From contig OX597820.1 in assembly GCA_951406725.2 (NCBI GenBank), forward strand, positions 11,532,001-11,596,000: a stretch of DNA of 64,000 nt, written 5' to 3'. This stretch comes from Octopus vulgaris. Lineage: Eukaryota. Below the pieces are notes generated by a model. The model searched no databases, was not told the origin of the DNA, and saw only the letters and a list, made by a program, of their open reading frames with translations. Made by a program: the position numbers and the translations under genes. Shown here piece after piece: positions 13,441 through 27,249 of this stretch. Within the stretch, counting starts at the first letter, position 1; the number at the start of each line of letters is the position of its first letter.

Positions 13441-14004
13441 CTCACCTTTTTTAGGAATACTTTTTACAAAGTATTTGAAAAAAAATATTTATTAGCAACA
13501 TAAAATTTTGAAAAATTACATCAATTAATTTAATCACTTTTCTGACGAAAATAGAATGTTTCCCAAATAAGCTGTCAATATTTCTATTTTCTTTTTAAAG
13601 ATTGAGTATGGTATCCTTTGCCATTTTGTTTGTTTGAAAAGACAAGGTGTAAATATCAGGGGAGAGTTTGGCGAATCTCTATTCTCTTCGATTTTCTGTG
13701 ATTGCCACGATCAGGTGCTTAAATAACATCGATAAAATCAACAGGTCATATCTTAACAAAATGTCATGGAGTTAAACTTTGCTCTTCTAAATATCAAAAG
13801 TGTGGAGGATTATCTCAAAGACAGATATCTGAGGTGCTAGAAATATTATGTCTGGCAAAAGCAGAATGGTCATAATTGGAACTCCTTTGATCCTAGTTCT
13901 GTTCACTGTTTATCTGGAACTAAACAACAAGAAAATGACATATATGCAGTCATTTAATCTGTTTTAAATAGCAGCTCTGGAAAACAAAATAAAAGTTCAA
14001 AGGT

Positions 14005-14250
14005 CTCTTCCGAGCCATAGACTCATAAATCCGAATTCTGTGTACCCCACTCATAAGGCCGGATTCTGTGTCCCCCAACTCTAGACGGACGCCCGTCCAC
14101 CATAGAATTACTCATTTTTGCCGGCTGAGTGGATAGGCATAACGTGAAATGAAGTGTTTTGCTCAAGAACATAACGCGTTGTCCGCTCCAAGAATCGAAA
14201 GCACAATCATGAGTACAACATCCTAGCCATTACTAATTCACGTGCCACCA
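14005..14250 (-). mobile_element. SINE family D (degenerate)
   Basis: gctgagtgga..aacgtgaaatgaagtgttttgctcaagaac is the reverse complement of 48017-48062. Confidence 0.75.
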
Positions 14251-14565
14251 CAATAGCAACTCTACCGATCATCTTTCGCCTCTCAAAGCATCTAGACACC
14301 ACTGATAATCTCGTACCGGTACACATAAAAACAAGCGACGTCTCCTCCGTTTTCCCTGTAAATAAACTTTAACCTCGTTCTTTCATATTTCTTATATTCG
14401 TGAGCGTTTGTGGTGAAGTGCACACGCGTACTTAGTCACGCATTCCCATGCATTACATCTCCGAATATACTATCCTTCCCTACGAAGCAATTTTCTTCTC
14501 CTACTTGCCTTATGTATATGTGTACATATTTGTACGTTTACACACATATGTGCGCTTCCCCTTTA

Positions 14566-14616
<51 letters not shown>

Positions 14617-14717
14617 ACTTTCTATCTGTGTATATATTTATATATTTATGTATGTATATATCTATATATCTATATCTATCTATATTTTAATAATTACTGG
14701 TATCTTTATATATTTTA

Positions 14718-15229
14718 CTAGCAGTATCGCCCGGCGTTGCTCGGGTTTGTAAGGGAAATAACTATATAAGCATTTTTAGAGAGTTACTTCCCTTATAGAT
14801 GCCAATTCGGGCTTTCTTAGCCATTTCTGTTTTGGTGTCTTCAAGCCATGAAGTCGTTGTTCTAAAAGAACGCTGGTCTCCTTGACAACGCTTTACGACG
14901 TTGATTTTCTTACACTCCCTTCCCCACAGCTTCACGAGGGAGGGAAGAAGGGGAGAAGCAAACAGGTGCAGGTGTGACCATGGACGCCAACTCCGCCGCC
15001 ATCGACACACGAAAAATTATGCATTAAAATGGAATAAAAAATGATGTTAAATTATTTTTAAAATCGTAGACTCATCGTAGACGCGCGCTAATACTCAGAC
15101 GGGCTCGATATGAATCATGACTATAAGATACCCGAATTTGGTTAAACTGCACCGCAAAATGTGGGAGTAGTTAGGAATCTAAATCGAAGGGGACAGACAC
15201 TCACACAACTACAGTTTTATATATATAGA
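14718..15229 (-). mobile_element. Non-autonomous Helitron
   Basis: Minus strand: 5' TC-tatatatataaaac; 3' cccgagcaacgccggg hairpin then CTAG; lies between A and T. Confidence 0.88.
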
Positions 15230-15368
15230 TATGTAAAGCATAATATGTTATACATGTATGTATATTCTTGTAATTGTCCTTTTAGTAAATAAATAAATAA
15301 ATAAATAGACATACTATAATGTCTATAAGATGATGAACCACTTATTGATACCCCCCATTTTTTTATTG

Positions 15369-15452
<84 letters not shown>

Positions 15453-15859
15453 GACATGTCATAAGAATTAGAGTTCCGTGTCTATGCTACATTAAACTGC
15501 CATACTCCGATTCACAGCTCGCTCGGTTGCGTATATTTGGAGTTTTGTAGTCAGGCTATGACGTAAGGATTGAAATTTCATATGTGTGTGTGTGTGTGTG
15601 TGTGTGTGGAGTGTAATTCTCTATGTCAAATTATATGCAAAAACAACATGACATTAACTCGCTGGATTTCTCAATATTTTTCGGGGTTATACATATAAAA
15701 CTTTGAGAGGGAAAAAGTTAATATCAACTTCGTAGTTTTGACATCCGCGCATTCATGAGACTGTCTGATAAGGACGAGCAAACCCGATACTCTGAAGTCA
15801 CCATCATCCTTTTCTTTGCAAAATGTTAATACACACACGCGCGCGCACACAGAAACAGA

Positions 15860-15910
15860 CAGAGACAGGCAGACAGGCAGGCAGGCAAACATAGAGACAA
15901 ATAGACAGAC

Positions 15911-15982
<72 letters not shown>

Positions 15983-16070
15983 AAAAAAAGAAAGAGATAG
16001 ATAGACAGAGAGAGAGAGAGAGAAAGAGATAGGTAGATAGATAGATAGATAGATACATACATACATACAA
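15860..16070. repeat. (GATA)n/(GA)n compound microsatellite
   Basis: Direct inspection. Confidence 0.95.
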
Positions 16071-16072
16071 AT

Positions 16073-16480
16073 AGGTGCAACCGTGGATGTGTGGTAAGAA
16101 GCTTGCTTCCCGACTACATGGTTCCGGGTTCAGTCCCACTGCGTGGCACCTTCGGTGAGTGTCTTCTATTATAGCCTCGGGCCGACCAAAACCTTGTGAG
16201 TGGATTTGGCAGGTGGAAACTCAAAGAAGCCCCTTATATGTGTGTATGTGTGTGTGCGCGTGCGCGAGCGTCTTTGTGTCTGTGTTCGTCCACCCCACCA
16301 CCACCATCGCTTAACAACCAGTATTAGTTGAAAACTAGCGGTTCGGCAAAATTGACCGATAAAATAAGTCCCTGGCTTGAAAAAAATAAAATTACTGGGA
16401 AATCAATTGATTCGACTAAAATCTCTTCAAGGTGGTGCCCCAGCAAGGCCGCAGTCAAATGACTGAAACATGTGAAAGAG
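16073..16480 (+). mobile_element. SINE family B
   Basis: Matches 12997-13440. Confidence 0.85.
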
Positions 16481-16511
16481 ATAAAAAAAAACATACATAT
16501 CTACACACACA

Positions 16512-16860
16512 CATGTGTGTATGTGTATGTGCGTGTATGTGTATTTGTGTATTATGTATGTGTGTGTATGTGTGTGTATGTGTGTGTGTGTATTTGTGTA
16601 TTATGTATGTGTGTGTATGTGTGTATGTGTGTGTATGTGTATTTGTGTATTATGTATGTGTATTTGTGTATTATGTATGTGTGTGTATGTGTGTGCTTAT
16701 GTGTGTCTATTTGTGTATTATGTATGTGCTTATGTTTGTGTATGTGTATGTGTGTGTATGTGTGTATGTGTATTTGTGTATTATGTATGTGTGTGTATGT
16801 GTGTGCTTATGTGTGTATGTGTGTGTGCGTGTGTGCGTGTGTGTGTGTACATGTGTTTAT
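16512..16860. repeat. Compound TG-rich minisatellite with recurring tatttgtgtattatgtatgtg unit
   Basis: Unit recurs about six times. Confidence 0.85.
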
Positions 16861-17229
16861 ATTCTCCCAACACTCCCTAAATGCATTGTCGTAACCGTTG
16901 TGGACCACTTCGCCTGCGACTGCTCTTCTAAGCTCTGTAGAACTCATTATTGTCCTTTCCCACTTCATCGCTTTGCTTATTAACTCTCTATTACGAGTAC
17001 CCTACCGTCTTCGATAAGGACACTTTAGATAATTTGACATGGGTTTCCTGTACTTAAAAGAAAACAGGAATGGTCATAGCTAGACTACCTTTGATCATAT
17101 GTCTGTTCGATCAAAGCTGACTCGGGGCCAAACAACAGCCACGTCCCTTTGCACCGAGTTAACCCTTCTCACTATTGTACTGTATTCCGTTATCTGGATC
17201 TTTCTGGTTTTCGTAAGTGTTTACAATTT

Positions 17230-17627
17230 TACTCTTTTACTCTTTTACTTGTTTCAGTCATTTGACTGCGGCCATGCTGGAGCACAGCCTTTAGTCGAGC
17301 AAATCGTGCCCAGAACTTATTGTTTGTAAGCCTAGTACTTATTCTATCGGTCTGTTTTGCCGAACCGCTAAGTTACGGAGACGTATACACACCACCATCG
17401 GTTGTCAAGCGATGCTGAGAGGACAAAATCAGACACACACACATATACACACACACATACATATACATACACATACATATATACGACTGGCTTCTTTCAG
17501 TTTCCGTCTACCAAATCCACTCACAACGCTTTGGTCGGCCCGAGTCTATAGTAGTAGACACTTGCCCAAGGTGCCACGCAGTGGGACTGAACCTGGAACC
17601 ATGTGGTTGGTAAGCAAGCTACTTACC
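17230..17627 (-). mobile_element. SINE family B
   Basis: Reverse complement of family B consensus. Confidence 0.9.
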
Positions 17628-18284
17628 AAACACCCAAAAAAATTTTAATGTATAATATAGATATGATTTTTTGCCACTGAATCCGAAATTGTAATTTATT
17701 TATTCCAGAAAAATTTTGCAAAAATGTTATAGATGTTCACAGTTTGATAATTTTCGGAATTTTCAGCCAATCAGAAAACAGCGCGTTCGCTGCCTCTTCC
17801 ATCATCAGGGTATGGGGCATTAGCTACAGTAAACAAACCAACAGGAGTTGCTAGAAATAACAGACAAAACATTAAAATATACACGAGCAAACTTAACATT
17901 AAAACATTCTCTTTCTCTCCCTTTCTTAAAAAATATCTGTCAAGATCTAAATCTTCGAAATCCTCTATACTAAGTGCAAAGTCTTGTGATTGCTTTCATC
18001 TCTGCCCTCAGCGTTATTTGGGTTTTCGTGTGCCCCGGTCAGTTGGTGAAACCTTGACCCTGTATAAATATGTATTATGCAATACATAAAAGAATTTGTC
18101 TCTAAACACATGCGCGCACTCACTCATGATCTGTTGGAGCAGTTGTTTATTTATTAGGTTCGGCTTAAATTTCCATCCTTTCGGTGTTTATAAAAATAGC
18201 GAGTCACTTAAGTTCTAAGATCGATTTTTACGACGAATCGGCTCTTCTTAATATTGTTGATTTTTGGTCTAAATTAGAGACCAT

Positions 18285-18991
18285 GGATTTCATCTCTACT
18301 AAATGTCACCACTCTATTCTATTCGTATGGCAAGCGAAGACGATGTCACCATCTTTTCTTCCATCCTAGTCAGCACCGTGCATTCCTTATTCTTTCCCTC
18401 CCTTTTACACCATCAACTAGCAACCAGCGAGCGAACTTGTCACTGCCACATACAATTACCGTATTTCCCGGTGTATAAGCCGCTATTTGTTTCGTTTTAC
18501 CTTCAATGTTTTGATAATGTTATTTTTTTTTATCTAATAAAGACTTTTATATTGGCGAAATGTGTTTGTTGTTGATTATAGTAAGATAAGATCATGACAA
18601 TAACAACACATCTCATAGTTGTAAAATAAGGCATTTTGAAACTAAATATACGTCAACAACAAAAACGCTAGCTGCGGACTCGTTGCTCTATGGTGTTGAT
18701 TTATCGAACAAAGTGGTGACATTTAGCAGAGATGACCCGGAAGTTGTTCCTCTTCGATTACTATCACAAGCAGCAGTAGCTTTCTTCAACTGAATACATG
18801 TCGTTGATTGGTTGACATTACCCAAATACGACAACTTTAACACAAAATAACTTCTAAAATAAGAAATTTTGTCAAAAATGTTCAGAGTAAACCGTGTTCT
18901 AAGTGAGAAATTCTACCAGTATTCGAAGTTTCAAACTGTTTAATTAAAAGAAAAATTAATTAAAAAATCTGTGATTGAGATGGAATAGATC
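18285..18991. mobile_element. Decayed GGATC-ended TIR element (relative of 56651 MITE)
   Basis: attctaccagtattcgaagtttcaaactgttta...gatcc right end; internal inverted pair catctctactaaatgtcaccact (18291) / agtggtgacatttagcagagatg (18712). Confidence 0.5.
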
Positions 18992-19151
18992 CGAGACCAT
19001 TATTGCTTAATCTTTAAGGCGGCACGCTGGGCAAAATGCTTAGCGACATTTCGTCCCGTCTTTGCGTCTGAGTTCATATTCCGCCGGGATTGATTTTGCT
19101 TTTCCTCCTTTCAGAGTCGACAAAATAAGTACCAGTTGAACGCTGGGGTCG

Positions 19152-19478
19152 ATGTAGTAAAGATTGTTTACCAGCATAACATGCCGTCTTGGTTGCCAAC
19201 ATAACATGGCCGTCCTGGTTTATATCTAGCCGAGTAATTATTCTGTGCTGATGAAGAGAAATAAACCAGAAATCGCGACACACAGGTATTGTTTTGAGCT
19301 GAGTGGGGGTGCTAGATTCCCTTGTTCGAAAATATAAGGACACAGATCGTGTCGTATAGCCAGCTGGAGACGTTGTCTCCTGGGGCTAAATTACAGCAAC
19401 ATTAGTCCTAAAACCAGGACTGCCATGTTATGTTGGCAAACAATCTTTACTACAAAGTACTGTTGCTGAATATCTCAA
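19152..19478 (+). mobile_element. Short element family G with inverted 5' segment and hammerhead-like motif, inserted in a SINE A (19017-19550)
   Basis: tgtagtaaagattgttt..ccaacataacatggc is the reverse complement of gccatgttatgttggcaaacaatctttactaca; ctgtg-CTGATGA..GAAA-tcgcga-ca-cacag at 19243-19285; same family at 48447-48660. Confidence 0.75.
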
Positions 19479-20089
19479 AAAAGAAAAAACTAGGGTCGAT
19501 ATAATCGACTTACCCATCCTCTAAACTGCTGACCTTGTACCAAAATCTGAAAGCACTTAGTTATAGGTTACTCCTCTTTAAGAAGCGATCTGATTTGTTT
19601 AACCTGTAACACGATTGCAAGACCGTGGTTTCGATTCTCGGACAAGACAGTGTTTTGTTTTCTTGAGCAAAACACGTCATATCACATTTCTGGAATCCAC
19701 ACTCAGCTTGTAAATGATAAACTTTGCGAGGGACAGGGGTCCCATTCAGGAGTACTATTGGGATCTTGGTCCCCTTTATAGGCTACGAAAACCGGGTAAC
19801 CGGCTCGTTGAGTTCTAGAATACTAGACAGTCCGTACGTCCAACACTAACAAATATATTCTTCATGTTTTTTTTTAATACGACAGGCTGCTACTTGAGGG
19901 AATTTGACTGTTGTTTCTAACATGTCAGGCAGTCACATAGACTCCCTCGTAGGTTCACCAAATATTCTGTTTATTTTTATACTTGTTCTGATCATTGATC
20001 TATGGCGATGGCGAGGAACTGTGTTCTTGAGATTTTAAGCAATCCTAGCGGCCCACAGTACTTTTATCACTTTGGTACTTATTTTGTCG

Positions 20090-20480
20090 GTGGAGGCGCA
20101 ATGGCTCAGTGGTTAGGGCAGCGGACTCGCGGTCGTAGAATCGCGATTTCGATTCCCAGACCGGGCGTTGTGAGTGTTTATTGAGCGAAAATACCTAAGG
20201 CTCCACGAGGCTCCGGCAGGGGGTGGTGGCTATCCCCGCTGTACTCTTTCGCCACAACTTTCTCTCACTCTTACTTCCTGTTTCTGTTGTACCTGTATTT
20301 CAAAGGGCCGGCCTTGTCACTCTCTGTGTCACGCTGAATATCCCCAAGAACTACGGTAAGGGTACACGTGTCTGTGGAGTGCTCAGCTACTTACACGTTA
20401 ATTTCACGAGCAGGCTGTTCCGTTGATTCGGATCAACCGGAACCCTCGTCGTCGCAACCGACGGAGTGCTTCCATCCATC
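20090..20480 (+). mobile_element. tRNA-derived SINE family C variant, full length
   Basis: tggctcagtggttagggcagcggactcgcggtc..tttcgattccc head; tail ccctcgtcgtcgcaaccgacggagtgc also seen reversed at 43873 and 44200. Confidence 0.85.
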
Positions 20481-20825
20481 CACTTATTTTGTCGATCATT
20501 ATTTATTGAACGGCTAAATTACAGGACATTTAAGGTCACAGCGTAGCAGTGTAAACATAAATGCATACATACACATCCGCTCATCCATACATACGCAAGC
20601 ATGCATGCATGTACTCACTCATACATACATACATACATACATACATACATGCATACATACATACATACATACATACATACATACATACATACATGCATAC
20701 ATACATACATACATACATACATACACAGTCATACATAAGCACGCACACTAGCACACACATGCATAAGCACGCAGGCACATACAAATATGCATATATACAT
20801 ACATACATACATACATTCATATATT

Positions 20826-20857
<32 letters not shown>

Positions 20858-20862
<5 letters not shown>

Positions 20863-21249
20863 ATATATATATATATATATAAACGGCAGTTTGTCTGTGC
20901 GTGTTTCTGTGTGTCTGTTTGCTTGTACCCTCACCCTGACCACGGCTTTCAACCGATTCTGATGAAACTTGACACACACATAGCCCAATGTCATAATTCA
21001 AAACTAACGCAGCGAAAATTTTGAAAAGTTCCCACAATTCTGAAAAAAATCGATAAATTCGACATGGGGTCGAGAATCAGAAACACAAACCGCAAACTGT
21101 CTAGGGGACACAACTCCACCTTTTTTTACTCTCAAAAAAAATTTACCATAATTTTTTCCATTTTTTTGCTATTTTTTTACTATAACTCTCTAAAAATGCT
21201 TTATAGTTATTTCCCTTACAAACCTGAGCAACGCCGGGCGATACTGCTA

Positions 21250-21250
<1 letters not shown>
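20858..21250 (+). mobile_element. Non-autonomous Helitron
   Basis: TC-tatatat..aaacggcag 5' end; cctgagcaacgccgggcgatactgCTAG|t 3' end. Confidence 0.85.
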
Positions 21251-21301
<51 letters not shown>

Positions 21302-21659
21302 GAGTATATATATATGTATATATGTATATATATATATATATCTATCTATCTCAGAAAGAAAAAAAATAAAATTTCTTTCTGTGATACACGATCCTTTTGA
21401 TCATCTTTTTACTCTGATCCCTTTTGGTCGGAATTTTACATTTGTTCCCTTTCTTTTTTCCTTTTTCTTTTTCCATCTTCGAAAAGAAAAGTTCTACATC
21501 TGTATTTGTCCCCTCTATGTTCAGCCCTGTATGGCCAATAAATAAAGTCATCTATCTGTCTCTCATCGAAGATACATCAAGTTACGGTAACCACGGATTT
21601 GGAAACAGAAAAAATAAATTAGAAATAAAGGGATTTTCTAAGAAAAGCTTGAAGTTTTG

Positions 21660-22580
<921 letters not shown>

Positions 22581-22907
22581 ATATATGTAGGTATATACGT
22601 GTCCACAAACATTCGCACACTACGCAACAGGCGCGCGCGCGCTCTAAGCTAGACAAAACCAAAGCAACCAAACTTGGAATTAATTTAAAGTGAGCGTGAA
22701 AATTGACTTTGATAGCTTTAGAATATTCTAGTATTTACATTTGAAACGTGTCTAGACATCAAGGTTGAAACTATTAAACAATTAAGTCGAGGTGAAACTA
22801 GTATTGTTTGAGCTTTACTTTGGGGAATAGACGGCGGTGGGGAAAGTGTAGTCGTTGACGAGGCAGTGGGGGGGAGGGGGTCGTCGATGGTGATTAGTGA
22901 TACAAAC

Positions 22908-23112
22908 GGTGGTGGTGCTGGTGGTGCTGGTGTTGTTGGTGGTGGTGGCGGTGGTGGTGGCGGTGGCGGCGGCGGCAGAGGCGGCGGAGGCGGAGGCGGC
23001 GGCGGCGGCGGCGACGGTGGTGGAGGTAGTGGTGGTGGTGGTAGTGGTGGTGGTGGTGGTGGTGGTAGCGGCGGCAGCGGGGGTGGTGGTGGAGGTAGTG
23101 GTGGTGGTGGTG
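22908..23112. repeat. (GGT/GGC)n trinucleotide tract
   Basis: Direct inspection. Confidence 0.95.
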
Positions 23113-23259
23113 TTAATGGTTGTACTAGTTATGGCGCTGATTATTCTTGTGTTGACGAGTAAACATCCAGATTAGCTTCAATCAAACAGATCTCCTCTGA
23201 TCGAGTGGCGTTCCAGCCGTAACCCCTATGCCTTGTTCTGTTTTTTTTTTTTTTTACAC

Positions 23260-23410
23260 CGGCGTAGCTGTGTGGCAAGAAGCATGCTTCCCAACCACAT
23301 GGTTCCGGGTTCAGTCCCACTGCGTGGCACCTCGGGCAAGTGTCTTCTACTATGGCCTCGGGCCAACCAAAGCCTTGTGAGCGGATTTGGTAGACGGAAA
23401 CTGAAATCCT
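23260..23410 (+). mobile_element. 5' half of a SINE B, ending at the left TIR of the large element
   Basis: Family B sequence stops at ggtagacggaaactgaaa immediately before tcct|ggatc. Confidence 0.85.
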
Positions 23411-23776
23411 GGATCTTTTCGTTTTGAAAGCCAGATTTTCCTAGTTAACTAAACAATTTGAAACTTCGTATACTGGTAGAATGTGTCAAAAGAAAGCATA
23501 ATTGTAAACCAAAATGAAAACGGAATTGTAATTTCTAAGTTTAACGTTGTTTAAAAATTCGAATTTTAACCAATGATATTCTTTCTTTCGACCTCATATT
23601 ATTTACTACTTCTCAAAATATTGTTACTGTGACGTAAACAGCTATTTTGTGACGTAGTTAACGTAAACATGTAAATAGCTAACTAAAATGTAAACATCTC
23701 CGCTTATAAACTTCGTGGAGTATATATAAAATTTGTGTAGATCCTAAATAGCTAAACACACATGTATACAAACATA

Positions 23777-23821
<45 letters not shown>

Positions 23822-23890
23822 CTATACACACATATTCTAATGCATATGCATATATTTGTATATATTTATAATGTGTGTGTATTATAGATG

Positions 23891-23932
<42 letters not shown>

Positions 23933-24494
23933 GTTTACATACAATATATATATGTTATATACATCTACATGTATATGTATGTATGAATATATAAGACCCA
24001 CAGAATTTGAATCAAACTGTTTTGATCCATACATACACACACACACCAACACTACCATCCATGAGACATTCTAACATAATCAATGCTACTACTACTACTA
24101 TCATCATCATTATCATCATCATCCACTGCCGCCGCCACCACCACCTCTACAAAAACACCAACACTATAATTGCTGCCATCATACACATCCACTGTCACCA
24201 CTACCACCACTGCCATGATAACCACATCTACCACAGCTGTTTGCTTACTGCTTACCCACTCACAAAATAGCTATCTACGTCACATTAACACTATGCAGCT
24301 AATAATTTCAAATGAAAACAGACAATATGATTGGCTAAGGATAGAATAAGTACTGGGCTTACAAAAAGAATAAGTCCCGGGGTCGAGTTGCTCGATTAAA
24401 GGCGATGCTCCAGCATGGCCGCGGTCAAGAGTAACATTAAAAGTAAAATATGTTTTATATGACACATTAGGGTTAGGGTTAGTGTCCGAAGGTT

Positions 24495-24553
24495 GAAAGT
24501 GTTTAGTTACAAAAAATATATTTCTCGATCTGCCGTTGAAAGGGTAAAGATCC
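24495..24553. mobile_element. Isolated right-hand TIR of the GGATC family
   Basis: aaagtgtttagttacaaa..atctgccgttgaaagggtaaagatcc resembles 56895-56953; preceded by ttagggttagggttag. Confidence 0.65.
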
Positions 24554-24810
24554 CTTATATTATTTATTTAAACCCTTTACAAACTAGAAGGGTTATGGGT
24601 CAAGAGGAAAATACATCAATCAAATGTTTGGAAGGCCATCGGTTGAATAAAACAACATTGTTCCTCAACAGAACAATAAGGCTCTATAGTTAGGGGGAAA
24701 TTTACCCATTCAGTTTCAAAACTCAGGTGGAGCCAAAAGAGGTCTCTACACATACATACGTATACACACACACACATACATACATACATATATCCAGACA
24801 ACTTCAGCTT

Positions 24811-24840
<30 letters not shown>

Positions 24841-24841
<1 letters not shown>

Positions 24842-25685
24842 TAGCAGAATTGCCCGGCGTTGCTCGGGGCTGAATTGCTTGAAAGTACTGTTAATGATTG
24901 CACTGAATTATGATGATTATTCAGGCAAATATTGATATAAGTTTACGGTGGGAGATAAGGACTTAACGATCAAACGTGTGCCATTGCATTGTTTTGGGAG
25001 AACCAAATTTCTGATGAGCATTATAGGGGCACCAACTTTAAGTTTGAGAAAGTGTGGTGGTAGTCCGGGGTGCTCAAAGGAATTGAGTACCTCTATTGGA
25101 TAGTTGATGACGTCCTCTGGGTCAGGAGTTGTATCGATAGACTGATATACATAGACTTCCCCAGGAATGAGTTTTAGCATTTCATCATTAATATGGTGAA
25201 CAGTTTTATTCCTCGGGGCCAGTATAGCCTTTTTGCCAATCCAATCCATATTCTGATAATTAGCTTGTAGATCTGGGAACACTGCATCTCTGAGATCAGG
25301 AGGCGTCTTAACAATGGTACAAATGGAATCGATGGCAATATTACCATTTTCATACCCTGGTATTTTGCCTTCGCCAAGTGCAAGGAGGGTGTGAGGAAAT
25401 GCTGCTGATGTGATATTACGTCGCATATGAGCACGCATATTGGTGTGAAGTTTGAGTGTTACTTCCCTTTATTAAAAAAAATATGCATTAAAATGGGAAA
25501 AAATGATGGTAAATTATTTTTAAAATCGTAGACTCATCATAGACGCGCGCTAATACACAGAAGGGCTCGATATGAATCACGACTATAAGATACCCGGTTT
25601 TGGTTAAACTGCATCGCAAAATGTGGGAGTAGTTAGGAATCTAAATCGGAGTAGAGACACACAACCTTTCTTTTATATATAAAGA
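24841..25685 (-). mobile_element. Internally deleted Helitron with both termini
   Basis: Minus strand 5' TCtttatatataaaag; 3' cccgagcaacgccgggcaattctgCTAG; A|T insertion site; 5' module shared with 14718 and 41100 copies. Confidence 0.9.
24917..25450 (-). pseudogene. Helitron RepHel PIF1-family helicase fragment
   Basis: Open 173-aa frame with AILAPRN..V..IN, YQSID, YPIEVLNSF..PGLPPH.LKLKVGAPIMLIRNL..CNGTRLIV, characteristic of Helitron helicases; truncated at both ends. Confidence 0.9.
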
Positions 25686-25689
25686 TTTT

Positions 25690-25970
25690 CGTCCGTCCTA
25701 AAAAACTTTGTGCGGAGTGAATGGTTACCTCTATGGAAATATATACACACACGTTATACATACATGTGTGTATAGATGAATATATAAATACATTTAAATA
25801 TCTATACACACTTTTGGGCGATCTTTCTGCTACTTGGATATACTTGGATATACTTATATTCGACCAATTCGTCCTAAATAACTTTGTATGGAGTGAATGG
25901 TTACCTCTATGGAAATATATACACACACATTATACATACATGTGTGTGTCTATATACACTTTTGGGCGAC
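25690..25970 (+). repeat. Imperfect ~170-bp tandem duplication
   Basis: cgtcctaaa.aactttgt..ggagtgaatggttacctctatggaaatatatacacacac..acttttgggcga occurs twice. Confidence 0.85.
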
Positions 25971-26782
25971 TGCTACTTAGAGATAACTTTAGATGTTAGG
26001 TGATCTAGCAAAAAGGATGACCAGTTTGACTTGCTCATCCCTGTCACACACTCACACACACGCACACACACACACAGACACACACGCACCCTCACACACA
26101 CACAGACGCACACACAGACGCACACACAGACGCACACACAGACGCACACACACACACACACACACGCACACACACACACACATTTATATATTTGCGTGTC
26201 TATGTGTGTAAAGAGGAAGTGGGAGTAATATGCAGAGTGAAATGTTAAAATATTGAGTTTTCTCGAATTTTGTCTTAATTGGGGGTAAAATTGAAAGAAA
26301 TTTTGTATGGCATGACCCAATGGAAGTACTTTGAAAAATCATGGGTAAACTCTAATTGAAGAAATTGTGTGAGGAGTAAATCGTTATGTACTTATTTGTT
26401 TCTGTTTGCTGTGTTTTTTTTTAGTAGTGGTTTAAGGTACACTTCTTTCGTTTTATAGAAATAGTTTCACTTTAATCGTTGCACACTTGCAAAGAGAAAG
26501 GAGTAGAAATTAGAGTGATAGCGTGAGTGAATCAGATCGCTCCGTTTTTGTGTGTGTGTGTGTGTGCGTGTGCTCTAGCCCACAATAAGAAAAGCACTTG
26601 ACTTACACACCACAATGTGAGTTTTCTCTAAATTTTGCTTAATTGGGGTTGAAATTTTAAAAACTGGACCTGGCATGACCCGATGCATTCTACTCTTAAA
26701 AATGCTAGGTAAATTGTAATTGAAGAAATCCTATATTGTAGATTTCTATAAGAGACAAAGGGAGGCAGATAAAATCTGTCTT

Positions 26783-26864
<82 letters not shown>

Positions 26865-27249
26865 ATATATACCGCTTGGATCGCTCTCAATGCCACTACG
26901 TCCCGTCCGATTCGCTCCAAAATTTACAGGGACATGTAGAAATAGGTGACGAAGCTCGTGGGCTACCTTAGAAATCCCTATCTTAAAAGGTGTGGTTGCG
27001 AGGGGCCATCTTCCTCACTCACGCTATTTCCTCCAGTACCCTCTCACTCCCCTTTATCTATAACTTTGATAGTTCCACTACCGTTATTTAAAGTATCTGT
27101 CACTCTCGCTATTTCCTCTCTTTTTCACTCACTCTGTTTCTTACCTTCCCATTACATCGGCGTTCTTTTACGTATCTGTCTGTCACCAACAACACACGAG
27201 CATGAGAACAAATATTATGAATCAGATATTCTTGCGTTCATTTATATGT

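Noticed and set aside
22866-23175. Glycine-rich ORF
   Set aside because: Explained by a GGN trinucleotide tract; no domain, ATG start or splice evidence
24467-24482. ttagggttagggttag as an interstitial telomere
   Set aside because: Only ~2.5 units, sitting next to a transposon terminus
23411-24553. A 1.1-kb MITE using the internal right TIR at 24495-24553
   Set aside because: No target duplication (gaaatcct vs cttatatt) and a much poorer TIR match than the 42291-42555 end
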